Shown here: in pieces, positions 1-11,990 of the stretch
Position numbering within the stretch: position 1 is the first letter of the stretch
Layout: every line of letters starts with the position of its first letter
Origin: Malacoraja senta
Lineage: Eukaryota
Direction: 5' to 3'
Assembly (NCBI GenBank): GCA_038087875.1
Contig: JAXLNO010005102.1
Location: forward strand, 124,001-188,000
DNA length: 64,000 bases
The notes under the pieces: generated by a model
The model's input: only the letters and a program-made list of their open reading frames with translations
Told to the model about the DNA's origin: nothing
Database searches by the model: none
Made by a program: the position numbers and the translations under genes

Positions 1-306
1 ATGCAGGGTCTTGAGTTGAAACAGCAACCATTCCTATCGCCGCACAGATGCGGCTTGACATGTTGAATTCCTTTAGCAAATTGTTTATAAAGACATAAAA
101 TGGTAGACGCACTCATTGATCAGGCAGCATCAGTGGAAAGTCATAACCAGCATCCTGTCCTTTGAGAGTCTCCATTTTTCTCCCTCTCCCTCTCAGATTT
201 ACTGTGTTTGGGTTTTCAATGTAATCAAGACTCCACACAAGGTTATTGTGTCACCACAATACCACAGTGATAAGGGAGGAGGCGAGGGGGTGGGGTTAGT
301 GGAGCT

Positions 307-620
307 GGGTGGCACCGTGACGCAGCAGTAGAGTTGCTGTCAGCACCAGATGCTCACAGCACCAGAGACCCAGGTTTGATCCTGGCCATGGGTGCTTGTC
401 TGTACGGAGTTTGTATGTTCTCCCTGTGAACTGCGTGTGTTTTCTCCAAGGACCGGTTCCCTTCCACACTCCAAAGATGTACAGGTTTGTAGGAAGTATT
501 GGCTTGGTATAAATGTAAAAAAATTGGCCCTAATGTAAGATAGTGTTAATGTGTGGGGATTGCGGGTCGCTGTGGATTTGGTGGGACAAAGGGCCTGTTT
601 CTGCAGTGTAACTCTAAAAA
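307..620 (+). mobile_element. HE1-like tRNA-derived SINE
   Basis: tRNA-like head (A/B-box-like gcagcagtagag ... ggtttgatcc), central tgtctgtacggagtttgtatgttctccc domain, CR1-like tail gggcctgtttc...tgtaactctaaa. Similar to three other copies in the window. Confidence 0.85.
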
Positions 621-1244
621 CAATATTCGGCCATCCACCCTGTCAAAACTATTACATTCTCTGCCAATCTGCACTTACTGAGCTGGGTGTAGCAGGCTGA
701 CTGAGCTGACCAGCGAACTGGACCACGGTCCGCATTCAACTGAGGCCGTGCTCCTTAGTGCTCTTCCAGCCATTCACACGAAGTATGTCTGAGAATCAAC
801 CTCACTTCCTGACAGCATTTATGTGAGTCTTAAATGTTCCTTATACTTGGGGAAACATATTTAAAAAAATTTACTGCAAATAATTTTATAAAGATGATTG
901 AATAAGAAATACAATTAATAACAGCATATCAAAAGAATGATTAGAGGGCACAGGTTTAAGGTGAGAAGGAAAAATGTGGAGATCGGAGAGTATTTTTTTC
1001 ACACAGACTGTGGTAATTATCTGAATTGAGTTGTCAAAAGAAGGCAGAGTCACAATTAGTTACAATGTTTAAAATATATTTGACACACATAAAGAGAAAT
1101 ACCAGTTGCAATATAGCTGCAATAGGATATAGGGCCAAAAGGCATAGATTTCTAACTCTGTGTAAGAACAAATCCCAGTAAAGGAGACCACAGGAAGTAT
1201 TGGTAAAGTGGTTATGAGAATATTCTTAAAGTTGTTATACTTTA

Positions 1245-1532
1245 CTTTGGAGATACAGTGTGGAAACAGGCCCTTCAGTCTACCGAGTCTGCTCCTGCCC
1301 ACCCGTACACTCGTTCTATCCTACACACACTAGGGACAATTTACAGAAACCAATTAAACTACAAACATGCAAGTCTTTGTGATGTGGGAAGAAACCGGAG
1401 CTCCCAGAGAAAACCAATACAGTCACAGGGAGAACCTACAAACTCCATACAGACAGCACCCTTAGTCAGGATCGAACCTGGGTCTCTGGCACTGTAAAAC
1501 AGAAACTCTACCGCTGCCCCACTGTTGTGCCC
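1245..1532 (-). mobile_element. HE1-like SINE
   Basis: Reverse-complement match to the SINEs at 307 and 23881. Confidence 0.85.
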
Positions 1533-1765
1533 TTCCTAATTCTTTGATAACCCTCCTAAGTCCCAACCTGAGTCTGGGACTCAGTTCCAGTGTTCAGCTC
1601 AGCCAGAAATATCTCACCACTAGGCAATCTGTTTGCATCAAAGATATTCTCAGCAGAGCCTGAATCACCACCATTAGAGGATACCCACCAACCTTCAAGA
1701 TGGTAGATTAAGCTCTACTGAAATCAGAGACTGTTTAATGCAAAGATTTTGCACAGTATTGATAA

Positions 1766-1891
<126 letters not shown>

Positions 1892-2304
1892 TGAGTACAG
1901 TATTTGGTTTGTAATTGTTCTGCACAGCAAAATATTTCTTAGGGAAATGTTAAATCAAATGGGCTTTATCAAAAAAGTTCCGATCATTTCTTCTTGATAT
2001 AATTTCCTGGTTATATCAACCACCAGTTGATGAAGTAATATTGGCCACTTGAATGAAACTTAATGTCACTAACCAGGTCTGTTATCTTGAAATTGGACCT
2101 GTTTGCCTATTTGCAATTTGCCTATAGAAGCCATTTTGTGCATGATTCAGTCTGCATTCATTTTTAGGTCTATTCGCAATAATTTGGGCATGAGGGACAA
2201 TTGCAAGGGTGACATTTCCCCAGACTACTTCCCCAGTACACATATAACCATAACAGCACGGAAACAGGCCATCTCGGCCCTTCAAGTCCGTGCCGAACAT
2301 TTAA

Positions 2305-2335
<31 letters not shown>

Positions 2336-2354
2336 AAAAATAAAATACTTCCCC

Positions 2355-5300
2355 CTAGTCCCATCTACCTGCACTCAGACCATAACCCTCCATTCCTTTC
2401 CCGTCCATATACCCATCCAATCTATTTTTAAAGGATAACATCGAACCTGCCTCCACCACTTCCACTGGAAGCTCATTCCACACAGCTACCACTCTCTGAG
2501 TAAAGAAGTTCCCCCTAATGTTCCCCCTAAACTTCTGTCCCTTAATTCTCAAGTCATGTCCCCTTGTTTGAATCTTCCCTACTCTCAATGGGAAAAGCTT
2601 ATCCACGTCCACTCTGTCTAACCCGCTCATAATTTTAAAGACCTCTATCAAGTCCCCTCTTAACCTTCTGCGCTCCAAAGAATAAAGACCTAACTTGTTC
2701 AACCTTTCTCTGTAACTTAGTTGCTGAAACCCAGGCAACATTCTAGTAAATCTCCTCTGTACTCTCTCTATTTTGTTGACATCCTTCCTATAATTAGGCG
2801 ACCAAAATTGTACTCCATACTCCAGAATTGGCCTCACCAATGCCTTGTACAATTTTAACATTACATCCCAACTTCTATATTCAATGCTCTGATTTATAAA
2901 GGCCAGCACACCAAAAGCTTTCTTTACCACCCTATCTACATGAGATTCCACCTTCAGGGAACTATGCACAGTTATTCCTAGATCCCTCTGTTCAACTGCA
3001 TTCCTCAATTCGCTACCATTTACCGTGTACGTCCTATTTTGATTTGTCCTGCCGAGATGTAGCACCTCACATTTGTCAGCATTAAACTCCATCTGCCATC
3101 TTTCAGCCCACTCTTCCAAATGGCCTAAATCTCTCTGTAGACTTTGAAAATCTACTTCATTATCCACAACACCACCTATCTTAGTATCATCTGCATACTT
3201 ACTAATCCAATTTTCCACACCTTCATCCAGATCATTGATGTACATGACAAACAACAGTGGACCCAACACAGACCCCTGAGGCACCCCACTAGTCACCGGC
3301 CTCCAACCTGACAAACAGCCATCCACCATTACTCTCTGGCATCTCCCATTCAGCCACTGTTGAATCCATCTTGCTACTCCACCATTAATACCCAACAATT
3401 GAATCTTCTTAACCAACCTTCCATGAGGAACCTTGTCAAAGGCCTTACTGAAGTCCATATAGACAACATCCACTGCTTTACCCTCATCAATTTCCCTAGT
3501 AACCTCTTCGAAAAATTCAAGAAGATTAGTCAAGCATGACCTTCCAGGCACAAATCCATGTTGACTGTTCCTAATCAGACCCTGCTTATCCAGATGCTTA
3601 TATATATTATCTTTAAGTATCCTTTCCATTAATTTGCCCACCACTGACGTCAAACTAACAGGTCTATAATTGCTAGGTTTACTCTTCGAACCCTTTTTAA
3701 ACAACGGAACAACATGCGCAGTACGCCAATCCTCCGGCACTATTCCCGTTTCTAATGACATTTGAAATATTTCTGTCATAGCCCCTGCTATTTCTACACT
3801 AACTTCCCTCAATGTCCTAGGGAATATCCTGTCAGGACCTGGAGACTTATCCGTTTTCATATTTTTCAAAAGTGTCCGCACCTCCTCTTCTTTGAATCTC
3901 ACAGTTTCCATTGCTACTCTGCTCGTTTCCCTTACCTCACATAATTCCATATCCTTCTCCTTCGTGAATACCGAAGAAAAGAAATTGTTCAATATCTCCC
4001 CCATCTCTTTTGGCTCTGCAGATAGCTGTCCACTCTGACGCTCTAATGGACCGATTTTATTCCTTGTTATCCTTTTGCTATTAATATAGCTGTAGAAACC
4101 CTTTGGATTTACTTTCACCTTACTTGCCAAAGCAACCTCATATCTTCTTTTAGCTTTTCTAATTTCTTTCTTAATATTCTTTTTACATTCTTTATACTCC
4201 TCAAGCACCTCATTTACTCCATGCTGCCTATAATTATTGTAGATCTCTCTCTTTTTCCGAACCAAGTGTCCAATTTCCCTTGAAAACCATGGCTCTTTCC
4301 ATTTTTTACTATTTCCTTTCAACCGAACAGGGACATAAAGATTCTGTACTCTTAAAATTTCACCCTTAAATGTCCTCCATTTTTCTTCTACATCCTTCCC
4401 ATAAAACAACATGTCCCAATTCACTCCTTTTAAATCCTTTCGCATCTCCTCAAAGTTAGCCTTTCTCCAAACAAAAATCTCAACCCTAGGTCCAGTTCTG
4501 ACCCTCTCCATAATTATATTGAAACTAATGGTATTGTGATCACTGGACCCGAAGTGCTCCCCGACGCATACCCCCGCCACTTGCCCTGTCTCATTTCCTA
4601 ACAGGAGGTCCAGCACTGCCCCTTCTCTAGTAGGTACCTCTATGTATTGCTGCAAAAAACTATCTTGCACACATTTTACAAACTCCAAACCATCCAGCCC
4701 TTTTACAGAATGTGTTTCCCAGTCTATGTGTGGAAAATTGAAATCTCCCACAATCACTACCTTGTGCTTACTACTAATATCTGCTATCTCCTTACATATT
4801 TGCTCTTCCAATTCTCGCTCCCCATTTGGCGGTCTATAATACACCCCTATAAGTGTTGCTACACCTTTCCCATTTCTCAGTTCCACCCAAATAGCCTCCC
4901 TAGACGAGCCCTCTAATCTATCCTGCCAAAGCACTGCTGTAATATCTTCCTTGACAAGCAATGCAACACCCCCACCTCTTGCCCCTCCAATTCTATCACC
5001 CCTGAAGCAACGAAATCCTGGAATATTTATTTGCCAATCACAGCCCTCCTGCAACCATGTTTCACTGATCGCCACAACATCATACTTCCAGGTGTCAATC
5101 CAGGCTCTAAGCTCATCCACCTTTCTTACAATGCTCCTAGCATTAAAATATACACATTTAAGAAACCCACCACCACTTATTCTCTGTTTATTATCTTTTT
5201 CTTCTTTCTCCCCTACATTTTGGGTCCGAGTGCTTCCCTTCTCTGCCTCCTGCCTCCCACATTTTCCACTAGCTTTCTCTATTTGAGTCCCTCCCCCCAA
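2355..5300 (-). CDS. CR1 ORF2 (APE endonuclease + reverse transcriptase), intact 981 codons, no AUG before the endonuclease domain
   Basis: NARS/ISETW/YRPP/GDFN/SDH endonuclease motifs; GVPQGSVLGP and YADD RT motifs; LERRRLRGDLI and FFTQRVV..WN CR1 C-terminus. Confidence 0.95.
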   Translation of the reverse strand: MGGGTQIEKASGKCGRQEAEKGSTRTQNVGEKEEKDNKQRISGGGFLKCVYFNARSIVRKVDELRAWIDTWKYDVVAISETWLQEGCDWQINIPGFRCFRGDRIGGARGGGVALLVKEDITAVLWQDRLEGSSREAIWVELRNGKGVATLIGVYYRPPNGERELEEQICKEIADISSKHKVVIVGDFNFPHIDWETHSVKGLDGLEFVKCVQDSFLQQYIEVPTREGAVLDLLLGNETGQVAGVCVGEHFGSSDHNTISFNIIMERVRTGPRVEIFVWRKANFEEMRKDLKGVNWDMLFYGKDVEEKWRTFKGEILRVQNLYVPVRLKGNSKKWKEPWFSREIGHLVRKKREIYNNYRQHGVNEVLEEYKECKKNIKKEIRKAKRRYEVALASKVKVNPKGFYSYINSKRITRNKIGPLERQSGQLSAEPKEMGEILNNFFSSVFTKEKDMELCEVRETSRVAMETVRFKEEEVRTLLKNMKTDKSPGPDRIFPRTLREVSVEIAGAMTEIFQMSLETGIVPEDWRTAHVVPLFKKGSKSKPSNYRPVSLTSVVGKLMERILKDNIYKHLDKQGLIRNSQHGFVPGRSCLTNLLEFFEEVTREIDEGKAVDVVYMDFSKAFDKVPHGRLVKKIQLLGINGGVARWIQQWLNGRCQRVMVDGCLSGWRPVTSGVPQGSVLGPLLFVMYINDLDEGVENWISKYADDTKIGGVVDNEVDFQSLQRDLGHLEEWAERWQMEFNADKCEVLHLGRTNQNRTYTVNGSELRNAVEQRDLGITVHSSLKVESHVDRVVKKAFGVLAFINQSIEYRSWDVMLKLYKALVRPILEYGVQFWSPNYRKDVNKIERVQRRFTRMLPGFQQLSYRERLNKLGLYSLERRRLRGDLIEVFKIMSGLDRVDVDKLFPLRVGKIQTRGHDLRIKGQKFRGNIRGNFFTQRVVAVWNELPVEVVEAGSMLSFKNRLDGYMDGKGMEGYGLSAGRWD

Positions 5301-5305
5301 CCGTT

Positions 5306-5845
5306 CTAGTTTAAAGTCTCCCCAGTAGCCTTTGCAAATCTCCCTGCCAGGATATTGGTGCCCCTCGGGTTCAAGTGCAACCCGTCCTTTCTGTACAGGT
5401 CACTCCTTCCCCAAAAGAAATCCCAATGATCCAGAAATTTGAATCCCTGCCCGCTGCACCAGTTCCTCAGCCACGCATTTATCCTCCACCTCACTCCATT
5501 CCTACTCTCACCGTCACGTGGCACAGGTAGTAATCCTGAGATTGTTACCTTTGTAGACCTTCTCCTTAACTCTCCTCCCAACTCCCTAAATTCTCCTTTC
5601 AAGACCTCTTCTCTTTTTCTACCTATGTCATTGGTACCTATATGTACCACAACCTCAGGCTCCTCTCCCTCCGATTTCAGGATATCTTGGACGCGTTCAG
5701 ACACATCCCTGACCCTGGCACCAGGGAGGCAAACTACCATCCGGGTCTCCTGACTGCGTCCACAGAATCGCCTATCCGACCCCCTAACCATAGAGTCCCC
5801 TATTACTATTGCCCTCCTCTTCTTTTCTCTACCCTTCTGAGCAAT
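5306..5845 (-). CDS. CR1 ORF1 C-terminal part (SGNH/GDSL esterase domain), 5'-truncated
   Basis: GDS, CLPGA, VHIGTND and DGLHL esterase motifs typical of CR1 ORF1. Confidence 0.9.
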   Translation of the reverse strand: MAQKGREKKRRAIVIGDSMVRGSDRRFCGRSQETRMVVCLPGARVRDVSERVQDILKSEGEEPEVVVHIGTNDIGRKREEVLKGEFRELGGELRRRSTKVTISGLLPVPRDGESRNGVRWRINAWLRNWCSGQGFKFLDHWDFFWGRSDLYRKDGLHLNPRGTNILAGRFAKATGETLN

Positions 5846-6625
5846 ATTATATGGTTATACGGTTATATGGTTATATAGTCCATGTTGCTCCATGTTCTGC
5901 ACAAGCATCATTGCAGCATTTATGTAAGATGTCGCACAGTGCAAGATACCATGAACATTCGCCCCTAGATCAGTCCAAAGTGGCTGGGAGGTGGATTGGT
6001 GACGTGCTGGTAAAGCTTCTGCACATGATTCATTTAGAACACCACCCTGTTAGTTGTTTTTATTTGATTGTCCATTGAGTTTCTTATTGTTTTGGGGGAT
6101 CCATTTTTTGAATAATAATCCTAAACATTATCTTTTTAGAGCACCAAGAAAGGGTGAACTATGATTTCCATCTTTGATTTGTCTATATGCCTATCTAAAA
6201 GCCTCTTAAGCCCACTGTGCTCCAGACACACAGCACCCTCTACTCAGAAAACCTGCCCCACGCATCTCCTTTGACTTCTACCCCCTCTCGCCTCTAAACC
6301 TAAAAAAAGAAAGGGTCAATAACTATGAAGGAAAGGGAGTGAAGGAAAAATACTATTGTTTAATTAGTTTAATTTGCATGAGGGTACATGTTAACACATT
6401 GGTTGCCAGGGTTGTGTGTTGAGATAGATGAGTAACAATGTTCTCAGGTGCTGCAGGAGTGTGAGACACAATGGCTTTTGTGCCATTCACCTCCAACTTA
6501 AGCTCTTGTGTGTTCTTATCTATTAAAGTATGATACAATATACTTCTATTTCCTTCATTCTGAAATGATGATACTGAACCCTTCATCTTTATGTTAATGG
6601 ATGTGATGCGTGCAGTTAAAACTGA

Positions 6626-6745
<120 letters not shown>

Positions 6746-6795
6746 TAAACTGAAAGCTTGAACGTTAAACTACAGGGAACTAACTTCCCTCCAAA

Positions 6796-7497
6796 AGGGC
6801 CTGTCCCACTGACGCGACTTTACAGCGAGTGCCTTCGAACTTCAAGCTCGAGGGCACACGCCTGGAAAACCTCGAGCTGGATCGACCGTCAGCGATGAAA
6901 CCGCGAGATGGATCGACCGCACGCACGCACACATGAACACACACACTGCAACGGCGGGGGCCAGGGAAAGCGGGGGAGCGCTGTCTGAAACTCACACCCG
7001 CGATGAAGAAGAAGGTAAAAGACGGCTGCACAGTGTACAGTAAGTCCTTTAGAGAGTGCGGGGGGGGGGTGGGGGTGGAGAGAAGGGGAGAAAAGGAGTG
7101 GAGACATTTTTAAGACGCCAATAATGTTTAGTGGGCATTTAACCTACAGGTCGGTTTTCCTTGGTCCTGAAAACTCCAATGAGCTAATTAAAATGCCCGG
7201 TCAGCGAAGGAGATTGCCTACAGATGCCCTCGACTGCCTGTAACTACATAACGACCCACTCCACTGCACTAAGTTCAAAAGTACCATGCCGACCAAATTA
7301 TACTCGTAGAAAAGTTTTCAACATGCTGAAAAATTTTCCGCGACCTAGCTGAGGCAGGAACTTCCCTCGAGCATGAAGGAGAGTTCCAGAGACCTCATAG
7401 GACCTCCCAGGACCACGTGTCGACCATGCTGCGAGTTTGAGTCGAGGGCAAACTCTTCTAAACTCGCAGATTAGGTCACCACAGTGGGACAGCCCCT
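6796..7497. mobile_element. PIF/Harbinger-type MITE, copy 1
   Basis: TIRs AGGGCCTGTCCCACTG ... CAGTGGGACAGCCCCT followed by TTA. Interior highly similar to the host element at 39207-41427. Confidence 0.8.
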
Positions 7498-7507
7498 TTA
7501 GATGGCC

Positions 7508-8260
7508 AAAGTAAAGTTCAAGTGAGTTTATTGTCATGTGTCCCTGATGGGACAATGACATTCTTGCTTTGCTTCAGCACAACAGAACATAGTAGGCATT
7601 GACTACAAAACAGATCAGTGTGTCCATATACCACTTATATAAATATATACACACATGAATAAATAAACTGATAAAGTGTAAATAACAGATAATGGGCTAT
7701 TAATGTTCAGAGTTTTGTCCGAGCCAAGTTTAATAGCCTGATGGCTGTGGGGAAGTAGCTATACCTGAACCTGGTCGTTGCAGTCTTCAGGCTCCTGTAC
7801 CTTCTACCTGAAGGTAGCGGGGAGATGAGTGTGTGGCCAGGATGGTGTGGGTGCTTGATGATACTGCCAGCCTTTTTGAGGCAGCGACTGCGATAAATCC
7901 TCTCGATGGAAGGGAGGTCAGAGACGATGATGGACTGGGCAGTGTTTACTACTTTTTGTAGTCTTTTCCTCTCCAGGGCACTCAAGTTGCCGAACCAAGC
8001 CACAGCATGCTCTCTGCTGTGCACCTGTAGAAGTTAGAGAGAGTCCTCCTTGACAAACCGATTCTCCGTAATCTTCTCAGGAAGTAGAGGCGCTGATGTG
8101 CTTTCTTAATAATTGCATCAGTGTTCTCGGACCAGGAAAGATCTTCAGAGATGTGCACGCACGAAGTTGAAGCTCTTGACCCTTTCAACCATCGACCCAT
8201 TGATATAAACGGGACTGTGGGTCCCCAGCCTACACCTTCCAAAGTCCCCATCCTACTCCT
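7508..8260 (-). mobile_element. Rex1/Babar-like LINE 3' fragment (frameshifted)
   Basis: HISEDLSW...[13 protein letters not shown] and LPSGRRYRS...SYFPTAIRLLN motifs; 3' tail with tgacaataaa. Confidence 0.85.
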
Positions 8261-8739
8261 TCCAAAGTACAGCCACATCTGTGTAGAGAATTGACATTGG
8301 GGAACAGCAGGTTCAATCCTGCTTAGACATTTGCAATCTTTGGACCATATTATTAAATGTAGTAATCTCAGGTGAACATACCTCTCATGCTTTTGTTCTC
8401 CCTCTCCCTCTATTTTTATCATCATTCTTTAAATGCTGATTATCACGTTACTTACCGTGACAACTTTGGTCTGTACCTTAACCTGTTCTCTCCACTGCCC
8501 CCACCCCAACACCTATTCTGATGAGTGATCTTGGTCCTCTACCAAGTGATGCTGCCTGTGCTGCTGAGTGCTTCTAATACTTTAGTTTTTCTTTGGGATT
8601 TCCAGCATCTGCTGTTCACTACTCTAAAAGATTTGTGATGTTCAGTTAAACAACATATTATCCTGTTCTAAAGACAAGGTGTACATTTCCTTAATTCTTA
8701 AATGGCTTACCAGTTAATTGACTTCTTCATTTTGTGCAG

Positions 8740-8835
8740 CTGTTTGCTCCCCCACGTGTCTCAATGGTGGCGTCTGTGTTCGGCAGAATGTTTGTATCTG
8801 TCCTCATGGTTTCTATGGACTGCAGTGTCAGAATG
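8740..8835 (+). CDS. VWDE: VWDE EGF-like exon ([32 protein letters not shown])
   Basis: 96 bp, tgtgcag| ... |gtaagt, phase 1/1, six cysteines. Confidence 0.92.
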
Positions 8836-9554
8836 GTAAGTTCCGTCCCTATTAATTATTTAATGATTAATACATTATTACCTATTATTTATCTGTGATC
8901 TGGAAGCTCAGGTTTGTTGTAAATGATCTTGTCAAGAGTTGCACAAAAGTGGTATTTTATTCAAACAACATGGTGATCAGAAATCCCTTTTTGAGGGTGT
9001 TAGTTTTAATATTAGCATATTAGACATGAAAATCATCCACGTCAATTCTCTCCATGTCAGAAAATGCACAAAAATTATTCAATGGTAACGATATTGCCAC
9101 TGTATTTGAATGTATGGCATCAAAAAGCATCAAAAGAGTGATGAAAGAACATTTACAATAAGTGGAGAGAGAGAAGAAAATAGCTCTGCCATTTGTAGGA
9201 TCAAACATATGTACATTTAACGGACTTGTGAGTTTATTATATTATGGGAACTCGCTCGTATGTACGGGTATCCTTAAGTCAGATGCTTGTAACCCAGACA
9301 GCCTGTAATGAAACATACATGAAAGCTCTCTGCAAAAAAATAGCCTTTTTTCATTCAACGGCAGTATTTTAGAATTGCAAAGCCAACCCATTGAACACAT
9401 CAAGCATCAAAACTAGAAATGAAACCTTAATGCAGTTCTGAATCAGTGAACTAATACATCCACTTGCAATAAAAAAACAAATAAAGGTTTAAATAATGAT
9501 TTATAATGATATATCTTGGTAGAACTTAATATAGCAAAGAAAGAATTTGAATGA

Positions 9555-9707
<153 letters not shown>

Positions 9708-10028
9708 TGACTTATGTCAAATATTTTCAACTGATCAGTTTATATGACAAATAATTTAACTCTTACTAAGAAAATCCCACATGTTTGCAACATAGACAAA
9801 GATCACCCTGACAAAAAAGCTAATCAAAACAAGTGCATGTAATTACTTGCCCATTTCTTTATAACACTGGTTTGATTACCCTTATGTTTACAGTTTTTAA
9901 CATTTTTATAAACGCCAGTTTAACAGATAAACATCTAGTTCCACATGGTGGTGGGAGGGATCTTAAAGGACCAACAATATCAGATTTGCAATGCAAAGAC
10001 AATTGTCTTTTAATATTTGTAGTATTAG

Positions 10029-10163
<135 letters not shown>

Positions 10164-10638
10164 TGAGTAGGAACAGACTCATTGACTAATCATAAGAACA
10201 AGTTGCTGAACCAAAATAATATGTCAATGTGTATTAATGCATGAACTATTTAATGTTATCTGACCAAACTATTCAAACATTTAATATGTATTATCCTTGC
10301 CCTTTAAAATAATTGATAAGAACTTCAGCAACTGCTTTGTGTTATTCCAAATCTAAACCATTTTCAGCATAATGAAATGTCATCTGATTTTCATTTTAAT
10401 TCCTTCGGTGATTTTTAATTTATTTTCTTCTCACTGTGGTTTTGACAAATATTGTGTTGTGTAATTTATTGTAACCTTGAAGAACTTTTATTGTTACTGA
10501 TTTATTATCTCAGTCATAATGGGACAAAACTCAGCTTCTCAATAATTCCTCCAGACATTTTTTAACTTCACATTTGATCTAATGTAATGCTACCTAATCC
10601 AAACGCAGTTCAGATTTGTTTTCATTGGCATTGAATAG

Positions 10639-10767
<129 letters not shown>

Positions 10768-11099
10768 TAGCTGATGCCAGTCCGCAATCAATATAATCAC
10801 ATTTTGTGTCACTTTAACTGCCCATTTTTCATCCTCTAGCCCTTTAACTTATGGGCTTTAATCTGTTGGTGATGTGAAAAAATTGATCTTTAGCCTCGAG
10901 AAAACTGCCTGTCTGACCCTTGTGCTTCCCTGTATTTAATGTGGATTAGATAGTACCGAAACTCATCAGTCTTTGCAGCTTTTGCGAACGCTAATCCATC
11001 CCATTGAATCATATATATCATCACAACAACAAAAAAAGGGAGGGTACCCTATTATATCTGTGAGTTTATCCAAACAATGCTTCTCTCTCCCTCGGGTGA

Positions 11100-11390
11100 C
11101 CACAGGAACAGGCCCTTTGATCCACAATATCTGTGCTGAATGTCAGGTTCAACTAATCCCTTCTGTTTGCACCCGATCTATATCCCTCGCTTTCCTGCAT
11201 ATCTGCCACCACCCCAGGCAATGTGTTCAAGGCACCCATCACTGTCTGTGTAAAAAAAACTTGTTCCCCCACCCCTCCTTTAAACTTTGATGTTCTCGCC
11301 TTACAGCAATGCCCCCTAGTCTTTAACATTTCCACCCTAAGAAAATGGTTTTGACTGTCAACCTTATCTATGCTTCTCATAGTTTTATTC
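11100..11390 (-). mobile_element. Degraded CR1 3' fragment
   Basis: KTRGH / FFTQ remnants and CR1 3' UTR. Confidence 0.7.
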
Positions 11391-11990
11391 TTTCCCATAT
11401 TCAAATATTGATTCAGATTCAGATCAGTTCACTGTCATATACATCAGTGTGCAATGGCATTTCTTGTTCATGTAAAGCTCACACAGTAAACAGTATATGC
11501 ACAGTTATGACAAAACATTAACAACATTGGAGTGAGATTGTTTATAATTCTCAGATTCCAAGTGATAATTTTAACCAATAATCTCCCCATTAATAGCTCG
11601 ACAATCTATTCCTATTAACCCATTCATCTTGCTTTAATTGGAACAATCTTTAGTCATTTTTTGTCATGTCCACAATGCTAGAAACACTGTTTCAATTATC
11701 TCAAGACGGTGAAAATTAACCTTTTCCTGCAGTGCCTTTCTCTTCTAGATGTGATGGAATATGTTAACAGGGAGAAATGTATAATCTAGAAGCTAGCATA
11801 GCAGAACTGGCTTGACTAAAGGTAAAAAATAGTTATTCCAAACTGAAACTCTATTTGGACTATTATTGTTTCTCCATTGAGATAGAGGAACTGGACCTAG
11901 AAACCAGACATATAGTTTCAAAATGTGCAGATCACAGCGTTGATAGAGCTGAAAAGCAGAGGTGCTGCATAGAACTTGTACGAAATCTTA

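Larger units (their letters stand above)
2240..5845 (-). mobile_element. Young 5'-truncated CR1 LINE, antisense in a VWDE intron
   Basis: Partial SGNH-esterase ORF1, uninterrupted endonuclease-RT ORF2, CR1-type 3' UTR ending in GTTATGGTTATATG. Confidence 0.95.

Noticed and set aside
3762-5878. Plus-strand ORFs overlapping the CR1
   Set aside because: They are antisense shadows of CR1 ORF1 and ORF2.
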